64,000 nucleotides of DNA from an uncultured delta proteobacterium. Lineage in GTDB: Bacteria; Desulfobacterota; Binatia; Bin18. The position numbers and the translations under genes are program-made. Location of the stretch: the NCBI GenBank assembly GCA_963733195.1, contig CAVTCR010000055.1, positions 1 to 64,000 on the forward strand. The letters run 5' to 3'. Below, one piece after another: positions 21,820 to 33,504 of this stretch. Under the pieces are notes generated by a model that was given only the letters and a program-made list of their open reading frames with translations, was not told the DNA's origin and searched no databases. Each line of letters begins with the position of its first letter. The first letter of the stretch is position 1.

Positions 21820-24800
21820 ATGAAGTTTTCCGAAGTGGTCGACCACGCGAGCGCCTTACTCCAACGCAAGGGGCGGATCACGTATCGTGCGTTGCGCCGC
21901 GAGTTCGACCTGGATGAGGAAGCGCTCGAAGATCTCAAGGCAGAACTCATCGACGCCCAACGGGTCGCCACCGACGAAGACGGCAAGGTGCTGGTGTGGA
22001 CGGGGACGTCTAGAGTCTAGGGTCCAGCGTCCAGAGTCAGAGGAGAGAGGGTGCTCTCCCACCGTTCAGACCCTAAACCCTAGACGCCAGACGCCTAGAC
22101 ATTGCCGCCGAGAGGCGGCAGTTGACCGTGCTGTTCTGCGACATGGTGGGCTTCACCGAACTGGCCAACCGGGTCGATCCAGAAGTCTTAGACGGGATCA
22201 TCCGCAGCTACGAGGATGCCTGCGCGGTGTGCATCACCCGCTATGAGGGCTATGTGTACCAACGCTTAGGCGATGGCATCGTCGCCTTCTTTGGCTACCC
22301 ACTGGCCCACGAGGGCGAAGCCGAACGGGCTATCCATGCGGGGCTGGCGATCATTGAGTCCTTGTCCACACTCACGGTGCCGGAGGTCGATCGACTGCAC
22401 GTGCGCATCGGCATTGCGACGGGTGTAGTGGTGGTCGCGGGCGCGGAGAAGGGAGCGGTGGGTGAGACCATGAATCTCGCCTCGCGCCTGCAAGGCATTG
22501 CCCCGGTCGACAGCATCGTGGTGAGCGAGCGGGTGCGGCACTTGGCCGGTGGTGTCTTTGACTACGTGGACCTGGGGGAGCAGAGCTTAAAGGGCATCGC
22601 CCAGCCGACCCGTGCCTATCGCATCGCGGGCGTGAGCCACGCGGCCAGTCGCTTCGAGGCGGCGACGCAGACAGGACTGACGCCATTCGTCGGACGCGAA
22701 CATGAGATTGCGATGCTGCTGGAGCGCTGGCAATTGGCACAGGACGGCGAAGGCCAGGTGGTGCTGTTGTCGGGCGAGCCGGGCATCGGCAAGAGTCGCA
22801 TCTTGAGTGCGCTGCTGGGAGCGGCTGGAAGGACAGGGGGTGCAGGCGCTACGCTTCCAGTGTTCGCCCTACCACGTCAACAGTGCCTTCTACCCAATCA
22901 TCGACAATTTTGAACGCGCACTGAAGTTCGGTCGCGACGAGACGCCTGAGTCCAAGCTCGATAAGCTCGAAGCGTTGGTGGTCGAACAGTATGGCCGCCC
23001 GCTTGCAGACGTACGTTTCATCGCGGCGATGCTGTCCATACCGTGTGACGACCGCTACGGGACGCTCACGATGACGCCACAGAAACACAAGGACGAGACA
23101 CTGCGAGCGCTGGTCGATCTCACCGAGGCGGCGGCCAGGAAACAGCCCACGGTGATGCTGTTCGAGGATGCGCACTGGGCCGATCCCACCAGCCTGGAAG
23201 TGCTCGACTTGTTGATCGACCGAGTGAGAACCATTCCGTTGCTGATCGTGCTGACCCATCGGCCTGAGTTTCCGGCGCGCTGGTCGCGGCACGGGCATGT
23301 GACGGCGCTGAACCTCTCGAAGCTCACGCGTGCGCAAAGCAGCGCCATCGTCTCCAAGCTTGCCGGGGGCAAAGTACTTCCCGCCGAGCTGCTCGGGCAG
23401 ATCCTGGCCAAGACTGACGGCGTGCCGCTGTTCGTGGAGGAACTGACGAAAACAGTTGTGGAGTCTATTGAGTCTAGGCGAGTCTAAGGAGTCTAGCGAG
23501 TCCCACCGCATGCCCCTCCAATTAGCAATTCCTGCGACATTGCAGGATACCTTGATGGCGCGCTTGGATCGGCTTGGGGCCGCTAAAGAGATTGCGCAGA
23601 TGGGCGCGGCGATCGGGCGGGAGTTCAGCTACGAACTCTTGGCTGCGGTGGCTGCCCACACCCAAGACCGACCTCGACCGCGCACTCGAGCAGTTGACCG
23701 ACTCCGGACTCGCGTTCCGCCGTGGCACCCCGCCCGAGGCCACCTACACCTTCAAGCACGCGTTGGTGCAGGATGCGGCCTACGATTCGCTGCTGAAGAG
23801 CCGCAGACAAGAGCTGCACGCCACGATCGCACGGGTGCTCGCAGCCGACTTCCCGCAGACCATCGCCACCGAACCGGAGCTGCTGGCGCATCACCTGACG
23901 GCGGCGGGGCAGGCTGCAGCGGCGATTCGTTACTGGCAGCAGGCGGGCACGCTGGCCCTCAAACGCCTGGCGCTCAAGGAAGCGATTGCGCACCTGAACC
24001 AGGGCATGGAGCTCCTCGGCACGCTGCCGCCGTCCCCGGAGCGCGACGGGAAAGAACTGGACCTGCGCACTCCGCTTGGTACGGCCTGGATGGCGCTCAA
24101 AGGCTGGGCAGCGCCTGAGGTGTGGACCAGCCTCCACCCGGCGCTGGGGTTGGCCAAGTCCCTCGGCCGCCGCGAGGCGTTACTGCCGATCTACTACGGA
24201 CTGTGGAACAGCGTGCTGGTCCAGGGCCGCATCGCTGAATCCCTCGACTGGGTCAATGAAATGTTGGCGACTGCGGAAGCCAGCGGTGATCCGGATCTGT
24301 TGATCGTGGCGCACACAGGCGGCATGCACGACCCACTTTTGGCGGGGAGACTTCAACCAATCACGAGAGCATGGAGAGAGGGTGTTCGCGCTGTATGACG
24401 AGGAGCAGCACCGCCACCTCGCAGACCTCATGAACAGCGACCCGAAGACGACTGTCGGCATCTTCGTCTCCTCTGGGACCTGGATGCTGGGCTATCCGGA
24501 TCGTGCCGTGCAGGTGAGCGAGGCAAGCGATGCCCACGCACGCCGGCGCGGCCATCCTTTTGACCTCGGCTTTGCGCTCACTGTGGGCACCATGGTTTGG
24601 GATTTCCGTTGCGAACCCGAGCAAATGCTGGCGCGGGTCGAGGAGGCCGAGCGGCTGGGCCGCGCGCACAGTCTGCCTTTTATCTCGGAAGTGTTGGCGC
24701 AGATCTGGAAGGGCCTCGCCTGGCTGCGGGCCGGGCGCCTCGCCGAGGGCATCCCACAGCTGCGGGGTGCACTGGAAACGTATAACGCGCATGGCAACGA

Positions 24801-25215
24801 GCTTGTATGCCGTACTATCGAGCGGTCCTGGCCGAAGGCCTGGCGTTGAGCGGTGATAGCGCGGGCGGATTGCGGTTGATCGAGGAGAGTCTCACGCAGA
24901 TTGCGCGGCCGGGCTGGGAAGAGCGCTCGCACCTGGCGGAGGTGCTGCGGCTCAAGGGCTGGATGCTGTGCGCTCCAAGGCGACCTGGACGGCGCGGAGC
25001 AGAACTATCTGGCCTCGCTCGACTGGGCACGCCAGCAACAGGCGAAGTCCTGGGAATTACGCACCGCGACCAGCCTCGCGCGCCTGTGGCAACAGCCAAG
25101 GCAAGAGCCAGGAAGCGCATAAACTGCTCGCGCCGTCTACAACTGGTTCACCGAAGGGTTTGACACCAAAGACTTGCAAGAGGCGAAGGGACTGATTGAA
25201 GCATTGAGCCATTGA
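21820..25215 (+). CDS. wHTH-cyclase-AAA-TPR protein, copy 3 (divergent subtype, frameshifted)
   Basis: [66 protein letters not shown]. Confidence 0.9.
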
Positions 25216-25269
25216 GTCATCGGGCCATTGAAGAATTGTCGTCTGCTTCAACAAAGAATGAGTACGAGC

Positions 25270-28200
25270 ATGAAATTCTCGGAAATGGTCGCGCAAGCCA
25301 ACGCGCACTGCTCCAACGCACGCGGGAAGACTCACCTATCGTGACGCTCAAGCGCGAGTTTGCCTTAGACGATGAGGCACTTGGCGGATCTCAAGGAAGA
25401 ACTGCTGTACACGCATCCGCAGCGTGGCGGACGACGAGGACGGCAGGGCTTGTGTGGATCAGGTGCTCCGTCGGTTCTGAGCACTGAGTTCCAAGTGCCG
25501 AGTGCTCCCCGGCACCCAGCACCGACCATCCCAACCCCCAATTTCTTATACGCCTGCGCATCTGGCCGAGCGCATCCGCGCAGAGCAAGCGGCGCTGGAA
25601 GCGCGTGGGAGCACGGACGGTGAGCGCAAGACGATCACCGCGCTGTTTGCTGATCTCAAAGGCTCGACGGCGTTGATCGAAGGACTCGATCCCGAAGAAG
25701 CCCGGGCCATTATTGATCCCGCCTTGCAGCTGATGATGGACGCCGTGCATCGCTATGAGGGCTATGTGGCGCAAGCGTTGGGCGATGGCATCTTTGCCTT
25801 GTTCGGCGCGCCGCTTGCCCATGAAGATCATCCCCAACGGGCACTCTATGCCGCCCTGCGCATGCAAGAGGAGATGCGCCGCTATGCGCGATACGCTGCG
25901 CGCGAAAGGGCTATCCGCCGCTGCTGATGCGGGTGGGCGTGAACACGGGCGAAGTGGTGGTGCGCTCGATTCGCAAAGATGATCTGCATGCCGACTATGT
26001 GCCGGTGGGTCACTCCACCAATCTGGCGGCCCGGATGGAGCAACTGGCCGCGCCCGGCTCGATTCTCGTGACCGCCTACACCCACAAGCTCACGGACGGG
26101 CTATTTTGAGTTCAAGGATTTAGGCCAGACCCAGATCAAAGGGGTGGAAGAGCCGCTCAACGTCTACGAAGTGCTCGGCGCGGGCCCGCTGCGCACGCGC
26201 CTGCAAGTCGCGGCCCGGCGCGGGCTGACGCGCTTTGTCGGGCGTCAGAGTGAACTGGAGCAGATGCAGCGGGCCTTAGAGCAAGCCAAGGCTGGCCATG
26301 GGCAAATCGTGGGCGTGATGGGCGAGCCGGGGTTGGGCAAGTCGCGGCTGTTCTACGAGTTCAAGCTGACCTCGCAGAGTGGGTGTCTGGTGCTCGAAGC
26401 CTACTCGGTCTCGCATGGCAAAGCCTCGCCGTATCTGCCGGTGATTGAACTGCTCAAGAGTTACTTTCAGATTCAGCCCCAGGATGACGAGCGGACGCGG
26501 CGGGAGAAGATCACGGGCAAGGTGCTCACGCTGGACCGCAGCCTCGAAGACACGTTGCCCTATCTGTTTGCGCTTGCTGGGCATTGAAGAGCGCCCTCGC
26601 CACTTGCAGCAGATGGACCCGCAGATTCGGCGGCGGCGGACGTTTGAGGCGCTCAAGAAGCTGTTCTTGCGCGAGAGTCTCAATCAACCGCTGATTCTCA
26701 TCTTTGAAGACCTGCACTGGATCGACAGTGAGACGCAAGGCTTTCTCGACGTGCTGAGTGAGAGTGTGGCCTCGCGCCAAGATCCTGCTGCTGGTGAACT
26801 ATCGCCCCGAGTATCGCCAGGAGTGGGGGCAGAAGACGTATTACACCCAACTGCGCTTGGCTCCGTTTGGCAAAGCCGAGGCCGAAGAATTCCTCACTGT
26901 CTTGTTGGGCGACTGACGGTAGGGGCGACGGCACGGTCGCCCCTACAAGATCTCAAACAGCTCATTCTGGAGAAGACCGAAGGCACGCCGTTCTTCATGG
27001 AAGAGGTGGTGCAGACGTTGGCGGAAGAGGGCGTGCTCAGCGGCGACCGCGGCCAGCTACCGGCTGGACGCACACGCCGACGCGACGCTGCATATCTCCC
27101 CCACCGTGCAAGGCGTGCTGGCGGCCCGCATTGACCGACTGGCCGCCGAAGAGAAAGCCCTCTTGCAACAACTAGCCGTCATTGGGCGGGAGTTCCCCCT
27201 GAGCCTGGTGCGCCAGGTCGTCACCCAACCCGAAGAGGAACTCTATCGCCTCCTCTCCTCGCTCCAGCGCAAAGAGTTTCTCTACGAGCAGCCCGCGTTT
27301 CCCGAAGTCGAGTACATCTTCAAGCATGCCCTGACGCAGGAAGTCGCCTACAGCTCGGTGCTGCAGGAGCGACGCAAAGCCTTACATGAGCGCACGGCGC
27401 AGGCGATCGAAGCACTCTACCGCGCCAACCTGGACGACCACTACAGCGAGCTGGCGCATCACTACACGCCGCAGTGGCAACACGGAGAAAGCCGTCGAGT
27501 ACCTCCACCTGGCCGGGCAACAGGCGGTGCAGCGGTCGGCCAATGCGGAAGCGATCACTCATCTGACCACCGCCTTAGAGTTGCTCAAGACCCTGCCGGA
27601 CACCCCCGAGCGCACCCAGCAAGAACTCACGCTGCAAATCACCCTGGGCGTGCCGTTACAGGCCACCAAGGGCTATGCGGCTCCCGGAAGTGGAAGCACC
27701 TATACCCGCGCCCGGGAGCTGTGCCAGCAGATCGGGGAGACTCCTCAGCTCTTCCCGGTCCTGTTTGGGCTGCGGACGTTTTATCATGTGCGGGGCGAGT
27801 TCAGACGGCGCGCGAGCTGGGGGAGCAACTCCTCAGCCTGGCCCAGCAGCGTACAAGACCCGGCTCTCTCCTGGAGGCCCATCGGGCGTTGGGAGAGACC
27901 TTGTTCCATCTTGGGAGAGTTTGCCCCGGCCCGAGCGCACCTGGAGCAGGGCATTGCCCTCTACGACCCTCAGCACCACCGCTCCCATGCCTTCCTCTAT
28001 GGGCAGGACCCCGGGGTGATTTGCCTCTCCTATGCGGCCTTGGTCCTGTGGTATCTTGGCTATCCGGACCAGGCCCTCAAGAGGAGCCACGAGGCGCTCA
28101 CCCTGGCCCAGGAGCTGTCTCATCCCTTTAGCTTGGCTTTTGCCCTGATCTTTGCTGCCTGTGCTCCATCAGTTCCGCCGGGAGGGGCAGACTGACCCAA

Positions 28201-28849
28201 GAGCGGGCAGAGGCAGTGATCACGCTCTCGACGCGAGCAGGATTTCCGATCTGGTTGGCGTAGGGGACTATCCTGCGGGGCTGGGCGCTGGCCGAGCAGG
28301 GACAGGGAGAAGAAGGGATTGCCCAGATCCGCCAGGGACTGGCCACCTACCGGGCCACAGGGGCAGAGCTATGCACGGCCATATTTTCTTGCCCTGCTGG
28401 CCGAGGCGTATGGGAAAGTGGGGCAGGCAGAGGAGGGGCTGAGCGTGCTCGCCGAGGCGCTGGCTGTGGTGGACAAAACTGGGGAGCGTTTCTACGAGGC
28501 GGAGCTGTATCGGCTCAAGGCGAGCTGACGCTGCAACAGACAAGTGTCCAGAGTCTAAGGTCTGGAGTCCAAAGTCAAAAGTCGAAAGTCCAAGCCCCAA
28601 TCCCTGACCCCCGACCCCCAAGCGAGGCCGAAGCGTGTTTTCTCAAAGCCATCGAGATTGCGCGAACAGCAGCAGGCCAAGTCGCTAGAGCTGCGGGCGG
28701 TGATGAGCCTGAGCCGCCTGTGGCAGCAGCAGGGCAAGCAGAAAGAAGCTCACGAGCTGTTAGCCGAGATCTACGGCTGGTTCACCGAAGGGTTTGACAC
28801 CAAGGATTTGCAAGAGGCGAAGGCGCTGTTAGAAGAATTGAATCACTGA
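25270..28849 (+). CDS. wHTH-cyclase-AAA-TPR protein, copy 4 (frameshifted)
   Basis: Same motifs; most similar to copy 1. Confidence 0.9.
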
Positions 28850-28870
28850 GTCATTTGAGAAAGAGTGACG

Positions 28871-29278
28871 ATGACCAAAGACGAGTTACAGACGGTGTTG
28901 AACAATGGACCGTTTCACCACTTCATGCGGATGGAGATCGTGTCGGTGGACTTGGAGGAGAAACGCATGGTGCTGCGACTGCCGTATCGACCTGAGTACC
29001 AACGTCAGGCAGAGACGGGGCAAGTGCATGGGGGGATCATCTCGGCATTCATCGACGTTGCCGGGACATTCGCGGTTGCCGCCGTCGTGGGGCATGGCGT
29101 GCCGACGATTAACCTGCACGTGGACTACTTGCGAGGAGCAATCAATACCACCCTGATCGCTACTGCGACTGTCCTGCGCGCCGGTCGTACAGTCGCAGTA
29201 GTGGACATCGATCTGCGCGACGAGCAAAACCGGCAGATTGCGGTTGGTCGTGGGACCTACGGCACGCAGGAAAGGTAG
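28871..29278 (+). CDS. PaaI family thioesterase
   Basis: VHGGIISAFID and TINLHVDYLR hotdog-fold motifs. Confidence 0.9.
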   Translation: MTKDELQTVLNNGPFHHFMRMEIVSVDLEEKRMVLRLPYRPEYQRQAETGQVHGGIISAFIDVAGTFAVAAVVGHGVPTINLHVDYLRGAINTTLIATATVLRAGRTVAVVDIDLRDEQNRQIAVGRGTYGTQER

Positions 29279-29362
29279 AAGCGTAAGACGTAAAACGTAG
29301 TGTGTGGTCTTGGACTCATGCAGACGAAAACTGCTGCCGGAACCTTGCACCTTCCATCCGCC

Positions 29363-30982
29363 TCACTCTTCAGGGATCGACCACGGAACATCTGCCCATG
29401 TAGGATGTGTCCAGCCGTTAAGGTCATAGTGACTCATGCACTCATCGGCCATTGCCTTGAAGTTAGCGTTGAGCCCCATATGCTCAGCCGCTAGGTAGGT
29501 CTCGACCCGATTCGCCTCGTAGCCACCAGCAAAGTTTCGTTCGTGGGCTTCGGTTCTGCCTGCAAACTCTGAGAGGAACAGATCCCAAATCAAGCGGATC
29601 AGTTTAATGCGTTCTTCTGCTGTGGCGTTGGCCGCCTTCCAATAGCGATCAATCCACTCACGAGAGTCTGGGTTCTTGAGATCTTTTGCTGAGGAGGGAA
29701 TCTGGATCAGATTGCCAGAGAGAACATTTTGGAACATGGTGCGTGCTTTGGTGAAGGTGTCTCCATACACATTACGCCACTGCAGTGCGTAGTTCAGGTT
29801 CGGTAGCAGATACCCTCCTGGTCCTGGCTGCGCATCCGCAGCCATCGCAGTGGATAGCGCCCAGATGTTATGGCGCATGCCAAGCAGTTCGCCGATCACA
29901 GCTTGCACCTCACGCGCACCGCTGCGCTGTTGCATCTCCGTAGCTCGCAGTAACAATCCACAGATGAAGTCAAGCTTGACTGCCGTGCGTGTTGCAGCAT
30001 GAAAAGAAAACCGTTGCGCAAAGCCGCGAGGGAAAAGACCATTGACGACGGTCGGATTACGGTACGCAATCACGTCTTCCCAGGGAATGAAAACATCGTC
30101 GAGCACGATACTGAGATCAGACTCATCGAAGCGGCTAGAAAGTGGGTAATCAAAAGGCGAACCGATTTTCTTGGCCAGGTATTCATACGAGTAGCGACCG
30201 ATAAACTTAATGCCCGGCGCGTTGAACGGAACAAAGAACGCCAGCGCAAGATCATCTTCGTTTTCAGCAAGCCCAGTGACTGGAATGTACTGGCTCATGT
30301 AGGTGACATGGCTAAACGCCGCACCCGTAGATACCAGGCGAGCACCGCGCACGATAATACCGTCGTCGCGCTCCTTCACCACATGTAGATAGACATCACG
30401 TTGCTCACCCGGCGGTTTCGAGCGATCACCAGCTGGATTAGCGAGACTCAGATTGACGAACATGACTTCGTCAGCGATCTTCTCATACCACCGCCGCACG
30501 TTGGGAGCGAACTTGCCGTAGAACTCAGCATCTCCAGCCAGTGTTCCTACAAGTGCAGCCTTATAGTCAGGACCACGCGACAATGTACCCCAACTGAGGC
30601 GTGCCCATTCGGCAATCGCCTCGCGGGCATCGAAAAGATCCTGTGTCGTGCGGGGCAGCTTGTAGAACTTATGCGAGCGGGCACCACGCTCAGTGATAAA
30701 AGTCAGCACATCGTGTTTGGCTGGATCATGCAGCGTGTCGTACATGCGGGCATACGACCGGGCGCTGGTGGCAAAGGCAGGATGGGTCGTGACATCCTTC
30801 ACTAACTTGCCATCAAAGTAGATGACACGTCCGTCGCGCAGCTTTTCAAGAAACTCCTTGCCGGTTGGTGGCTCGTGCAGGACTTTCAGTTGCGTGTCGT
30901 TGAGCTGGGGCGAGACCTGGCCGTTTTCCTGTTGGGTTCCCACTGGCGCCGTGGTGGACGCAGGCTGTGTTGATTGCGGCAT
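29363..30982 (-). CDS. 4-hydroxyphenylacetate 3-hydroxylase family monooxygenase oxygenase subunit
   Basis: LRDGR.IY..G..V.DVTTHPAF, SRGPDY, DYPLSSRFDE.D, VFIPWE. Confidence 0.88.
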   Translation of the reverse strand: MPQSTQPASTTAPVGTQQENGQVSPQLNDTQLKVLHEPPTGKEFLEKLRDGRVIYFDGKLVKDVTTHPAFATSARSYARMYDTLHDPAKHDVLTFITERGARSHKFYKLPRTTQDLFDAREAIAEWARLSWGTLSRGPDYKAALVGTLAGDAEFYGKFAPNVRRWYEKIADEVMFVNLSLANPAGDRSKPPGEQRDVYLHVVKERDDGIIVRGARLVSTGAAFSHVTYMSQYIPVTGLAENEDDLALAFFVPFNAPGIKFIGRYSYEYLAKKIGSPFDYPLSSRFDESDLSIVLDDVFIPWEDVIAYRNPTVVNGLFPRGFAQRFSFHAATRTAVKLDFICGLLLRATEMQQRSGAREVQAVIGELLGMRHNIWALSTAMAADAQPGPGGYLLPNLNYALQWRNVYGDTFTKARTMFQNVLSGNLIQIPSSAKDLKNPDSREWIDRYWKAANATAEERIKLIRLIWDLFLSEFAGRTEAHERNFAGGYEANRVETYLAAEHMGLNANFKAMADECMSHYDLNGWTHPTWADVPWSIPEE

Positions 30983-31187
30983 CGCTGTCCCTCCTTGCCT
31001 GCCGCATAGCACTACCGCACAGCGATTGGAAGGGAAGGCAAAATTTAGCGATCGAACAAGTCAAAGGGAATCTTTCCGCTGCAGCCAAGCTTGTCGAACT
31101 TACGATCAGCTCGCGTACTCGGCTCAAAGCCGTGGCGTTCGGGAGAAAGAGTACCTGTAACACGACGACTTTACGGAATCGATCTAT

Positions 31188-31421
31188 TTATGACTCAAGG
31201 TTGGGTGGCAGGGCTGCAATGACTGAACGTAACAACGCATTGACCGACTCTGCCGATTTGAAGACGGTGGCGACGTCCGGCTCAAGCACGATGGCAATCG
31301 TTCCACTTCCCATCTGCTTCGCAAACCGGTTCGGTTTGGCCTTTTTATAGTCGAAGCGGTATTCCTGACGAATCTCTTCGGTCACAATTTGGGATCTCTT
31401 ACGAGTTGACGTTTTCTTCAT
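31188..31421 (-). CDS. Orphan BrnA-like antitoxin (only a toxin C-terminal stub upstream)
   Basis: EY.FDY.KAKPNRFA...VLEPDVA.VF...ESVNALLR; upstream overlapping stub PGERSDYE. Confidence 0.8.
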   Translation of the reverse strand: MKKTSTRKRSQIVTEEIRQEYRFDYKKAKPNRFAKQMGSGTIAIVLEPDVATVFKSAESVNALLRSVIAALPPNLES

Positions 31422-31633
31422 AGTCTGACCGTTCTCCGGGCACTGTCCTGTCGTCTAAAATTAACCGCTTAAGCGGATCAATAAGGAGACCAAATTCAAT
31501 TAAGAGATTAGCCAGTTGTTCAACACGACTCTTTTGACTCACAACCTATCCTCCATCCAGTATTGTAGGCCAATGATGCCACAGGGTTTCTTTAATTTCC
31601 TCAGGGTCCTCTGTGCTCTTCATACCTGCAGCT

Positions 31634-31855
31634 TCACGCAACCTCTTGCATCGGACGGACTCTCGGAGAAGGAAGCGGACGGCCTTCAGATTCGAAATGC
31701 TGAATAACGTCTTCCACCACCTCGCACAAATCGCCATAGACCTGCAGGGGATCACCGCCGTGAATGCCGGTGATGAGGTCTGGACATTTTCCAAGATAGG
31801 CTTGATCTTCTTCGCTCCATTCAACCCATTTGTGATATTTATCACTCGGCTTCAT
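31634..31855 (-). CDS. HicB-like antitoxin
   Basis: VEWSEEDQAYLG.CPDL..G.HG...G.PLP.P. Confidence 0.82.
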   Translation of the reverse strand: MKPSDKYHKWVEWSEEDQAYLGKCPDLITGIHGGDPLQVYGDLCEVVEDVIQHFESEGRPLPSPRVRPMQEVA

Positions 31856-31969
31856 TTTAGAACCTCTTCTACGGCTCGTTGGACTTGCCGTTCTTGATAT
31901 GGCTTGGCATCATCGCTTGGCTTGCCGCTGAGCGTTACAGCACCCGGATATCGTACATGAGTGAACTTG
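31852..31969 (-). pseudogene. HicA toxin C-terminal remnant
   Basis: KFTHVRYPGAVTLSGKPSDDAKPYQERQV...* overlaps the hicB start; N-terminus missing. Confidence 0.7.
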
Positions 31970-31989
31970 ATGGGAAATGCCTCGAGCGG

Positions 31990-32313
31990 TTAGCTCTTCC
32001 GTGTCTGTCGGTCTCTTTTACTAAGCTGACTCGCCCGTAAGCGCATCTCCCCGCGCATAACATGCAGAACAAAGACTCGCTCGCCATCGTAACGATAGAA
32101 TACTCGACACGGTGGTTCGACGATCTGCCGGTACCGTGAACCGCGCAACTCTCGGGGCCGCGAACCACTCTCCGGATACTCGGCTAGTTGCTCAACATGC
32201 TGAAACACCCGCTGTACCAACCCACGGGCGGCTTCCGGATTCTCCAAGGCAATGTAATCAGCAATCGCGTCCAAATCGCTCAGCGCAGGTTCGGTCCAAA
32301 TCAGCTCAGCCAT
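31990..32313 (-). CDS. RelE/ParE family toxin
   Basis: LIWTEPALSDLDAIADYIA...P.SG...YR....PCRVFYR. Confidence 0.92.
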   Translation of the reverse strand: MAELIWTEPALSDLDAIADYIALENPEAARGLVQRVFQHVEQLAEYPESGSRPRELRGSRYRQIVEPPCRVFYRYDGERVFVLHVMRGEMRLRASQLSKRDRQTRKS

Positions 32314-32558
32314 CGTGCGAGCCGTTTCTTCGCTGCAGCATGGGATACGACACGTCCTTGCTCAATGGCTCGCTCACCGCGCGCAATGCCTTCGAGTATG
32401 GTCAAGCGTTGGTTGAGCTTCTCATAGGTTTCGACATCCACGAGGTAGGCTGCGGGGCGTCCATGCTGAGTAATCAGCACCGGCACCCTCTCGCGATCGA
32501 CCTCTGAGATGATTTCTGTTGCCTTTCGCTTCAACGTAGTAACAAGTTCAGTACGCAT
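32301..32558 (-). CDS. Phd/YefM family antitoxin
   Basis: TTLKR.A.EI...PVLITQHGRPAAYL. Confidence 0.92.
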   Translation of the reverse strand: MRTELVTTLKRKATEIISEVDRERVPVLITQHGRPAAYLVDVETYEKLNQRLTILEGIARGERAIEQGRVVSHAAAKKRLARWLS

Positions 32559-32562
32559 AAGA

Positions 32563-32580
32563 GTGATACTAAAGTAGCAC
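32563..32580. promoter_or_regulatory. Probable autoregulatory operator of the phd-relE operon
   Basis: GTGATACT-AA-AGTAGCAC inverted repeat (1 mismatch) immediately before the start codon. Confidence 0.6.
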
Positions 32581-32609
32581 TCGCTAAAGAGCAAGCAAGG
32601 AAAGCCTGC

Positions 32610-33323
32610 TTACAACGCCGCCAAATGCGCCGCTAGTTCGTCAGGAGCCGAGAAAAAAGGGGAATGACTCGTGTCCATCGAAATCACCTGCTGAAAGGGG
32701 AAGGTCGTGTACACACTCCTCTGGAAGGACAGTGAATGGGCACGGTCGCGAAGGCACTCAATGGCTACCCGAGGAATTCGCCCGAAGCGTTCGGCACTGG
32801 TCTGCAGCTTCGCTCGCAAAGGAGCCGTTGCTTGCGGCGTCAACAATAGCTTAGCTAATGCCACATCTTCAGCCGAACAATCGCCATAAAATCCCTCGAC
32901 GAGGACTTCCTCCCGTACCATTGAGGCGCTTTGGTCTGCATTTGAAACAAAGTTGGACGCTAAGATGGTCTCAGTATTACGTCGCAAGACTTTCCCCATA
33001 GACTCCCCATTGGCTGGCAGCAGTGCGGTTAAGTACACTAGGGTCTTAATCTTATCCGGTCGGTATTCAGCCGCCTGCGTAATAATCCCACCACCCATGC
33101 TGTGCCCCACCAACACAACAGGTTCACGCTGAGCGTCGAGAATATCACAAACTGTATCAACGTAAGCTTGAAAGGTCACAGCAGACACTGGGGTCTTGTC
33201 CCTGCCATGACTAGGTAAGTCTGGAGCAATGACAGTGTGGCCTTTCTTTTCCAGTGCAGGTATGACTTTGTACCAACACCACGCCCCATGACAGCCGCCG
33301 TGAATCAACACAAATGTACTCAT
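32610..33323 (-). CDS. Alpha/beta hydrolase (methylesterase/SABP2-like)
   Basis: FVLIHGGCHGAWCW, GHSMGG, HSPFFS. Confidence 0.9.
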   Translation of the reverse strand: MSTFVLIHGGCHGAWCWYKVIPALEKKGHTVIAPDLPSHGRDKTPVSAVTFQAYVDTVCDILDAQREPVVLVGHSMGGGIITQAAEYRPDKIKTLVYLTALLPANGESMGKVLRRNTETILASNFVSNADQSASMVREEVLVEGFYGDCSAEDVALAKLLLTPQATAPLRAKLQTSAERFGRIPRVAIECLRDRAHSLSFQRSVYTTFPFQQVISMDTSHSPFFSAPDELAAHLAAL

Positions 33324-33504
33324 GTCATCGCTCCTTTTTCTTCGGTAGGGAAACGAATCGATGAGCATTATCCTTGGGGCTTGGCTACTGTCAAGTTTCC
33401 AAGAATGATTTCAAGAATCGCTGCGTTTCCAGCAATCTGTACTGTTTTTCTTGACCACTAAAGGCAACATGCGCTAGCGTCCGTGGTTAAAGGAGGAACA
33501 ATCT

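Noticed and set aside
10106-28849. Diversity-generating retroelement acting on the TPR paralogs
   Set aside because: There is no RT gene, and I saw no template/variable repeat pair with adenine-specific mismatches.
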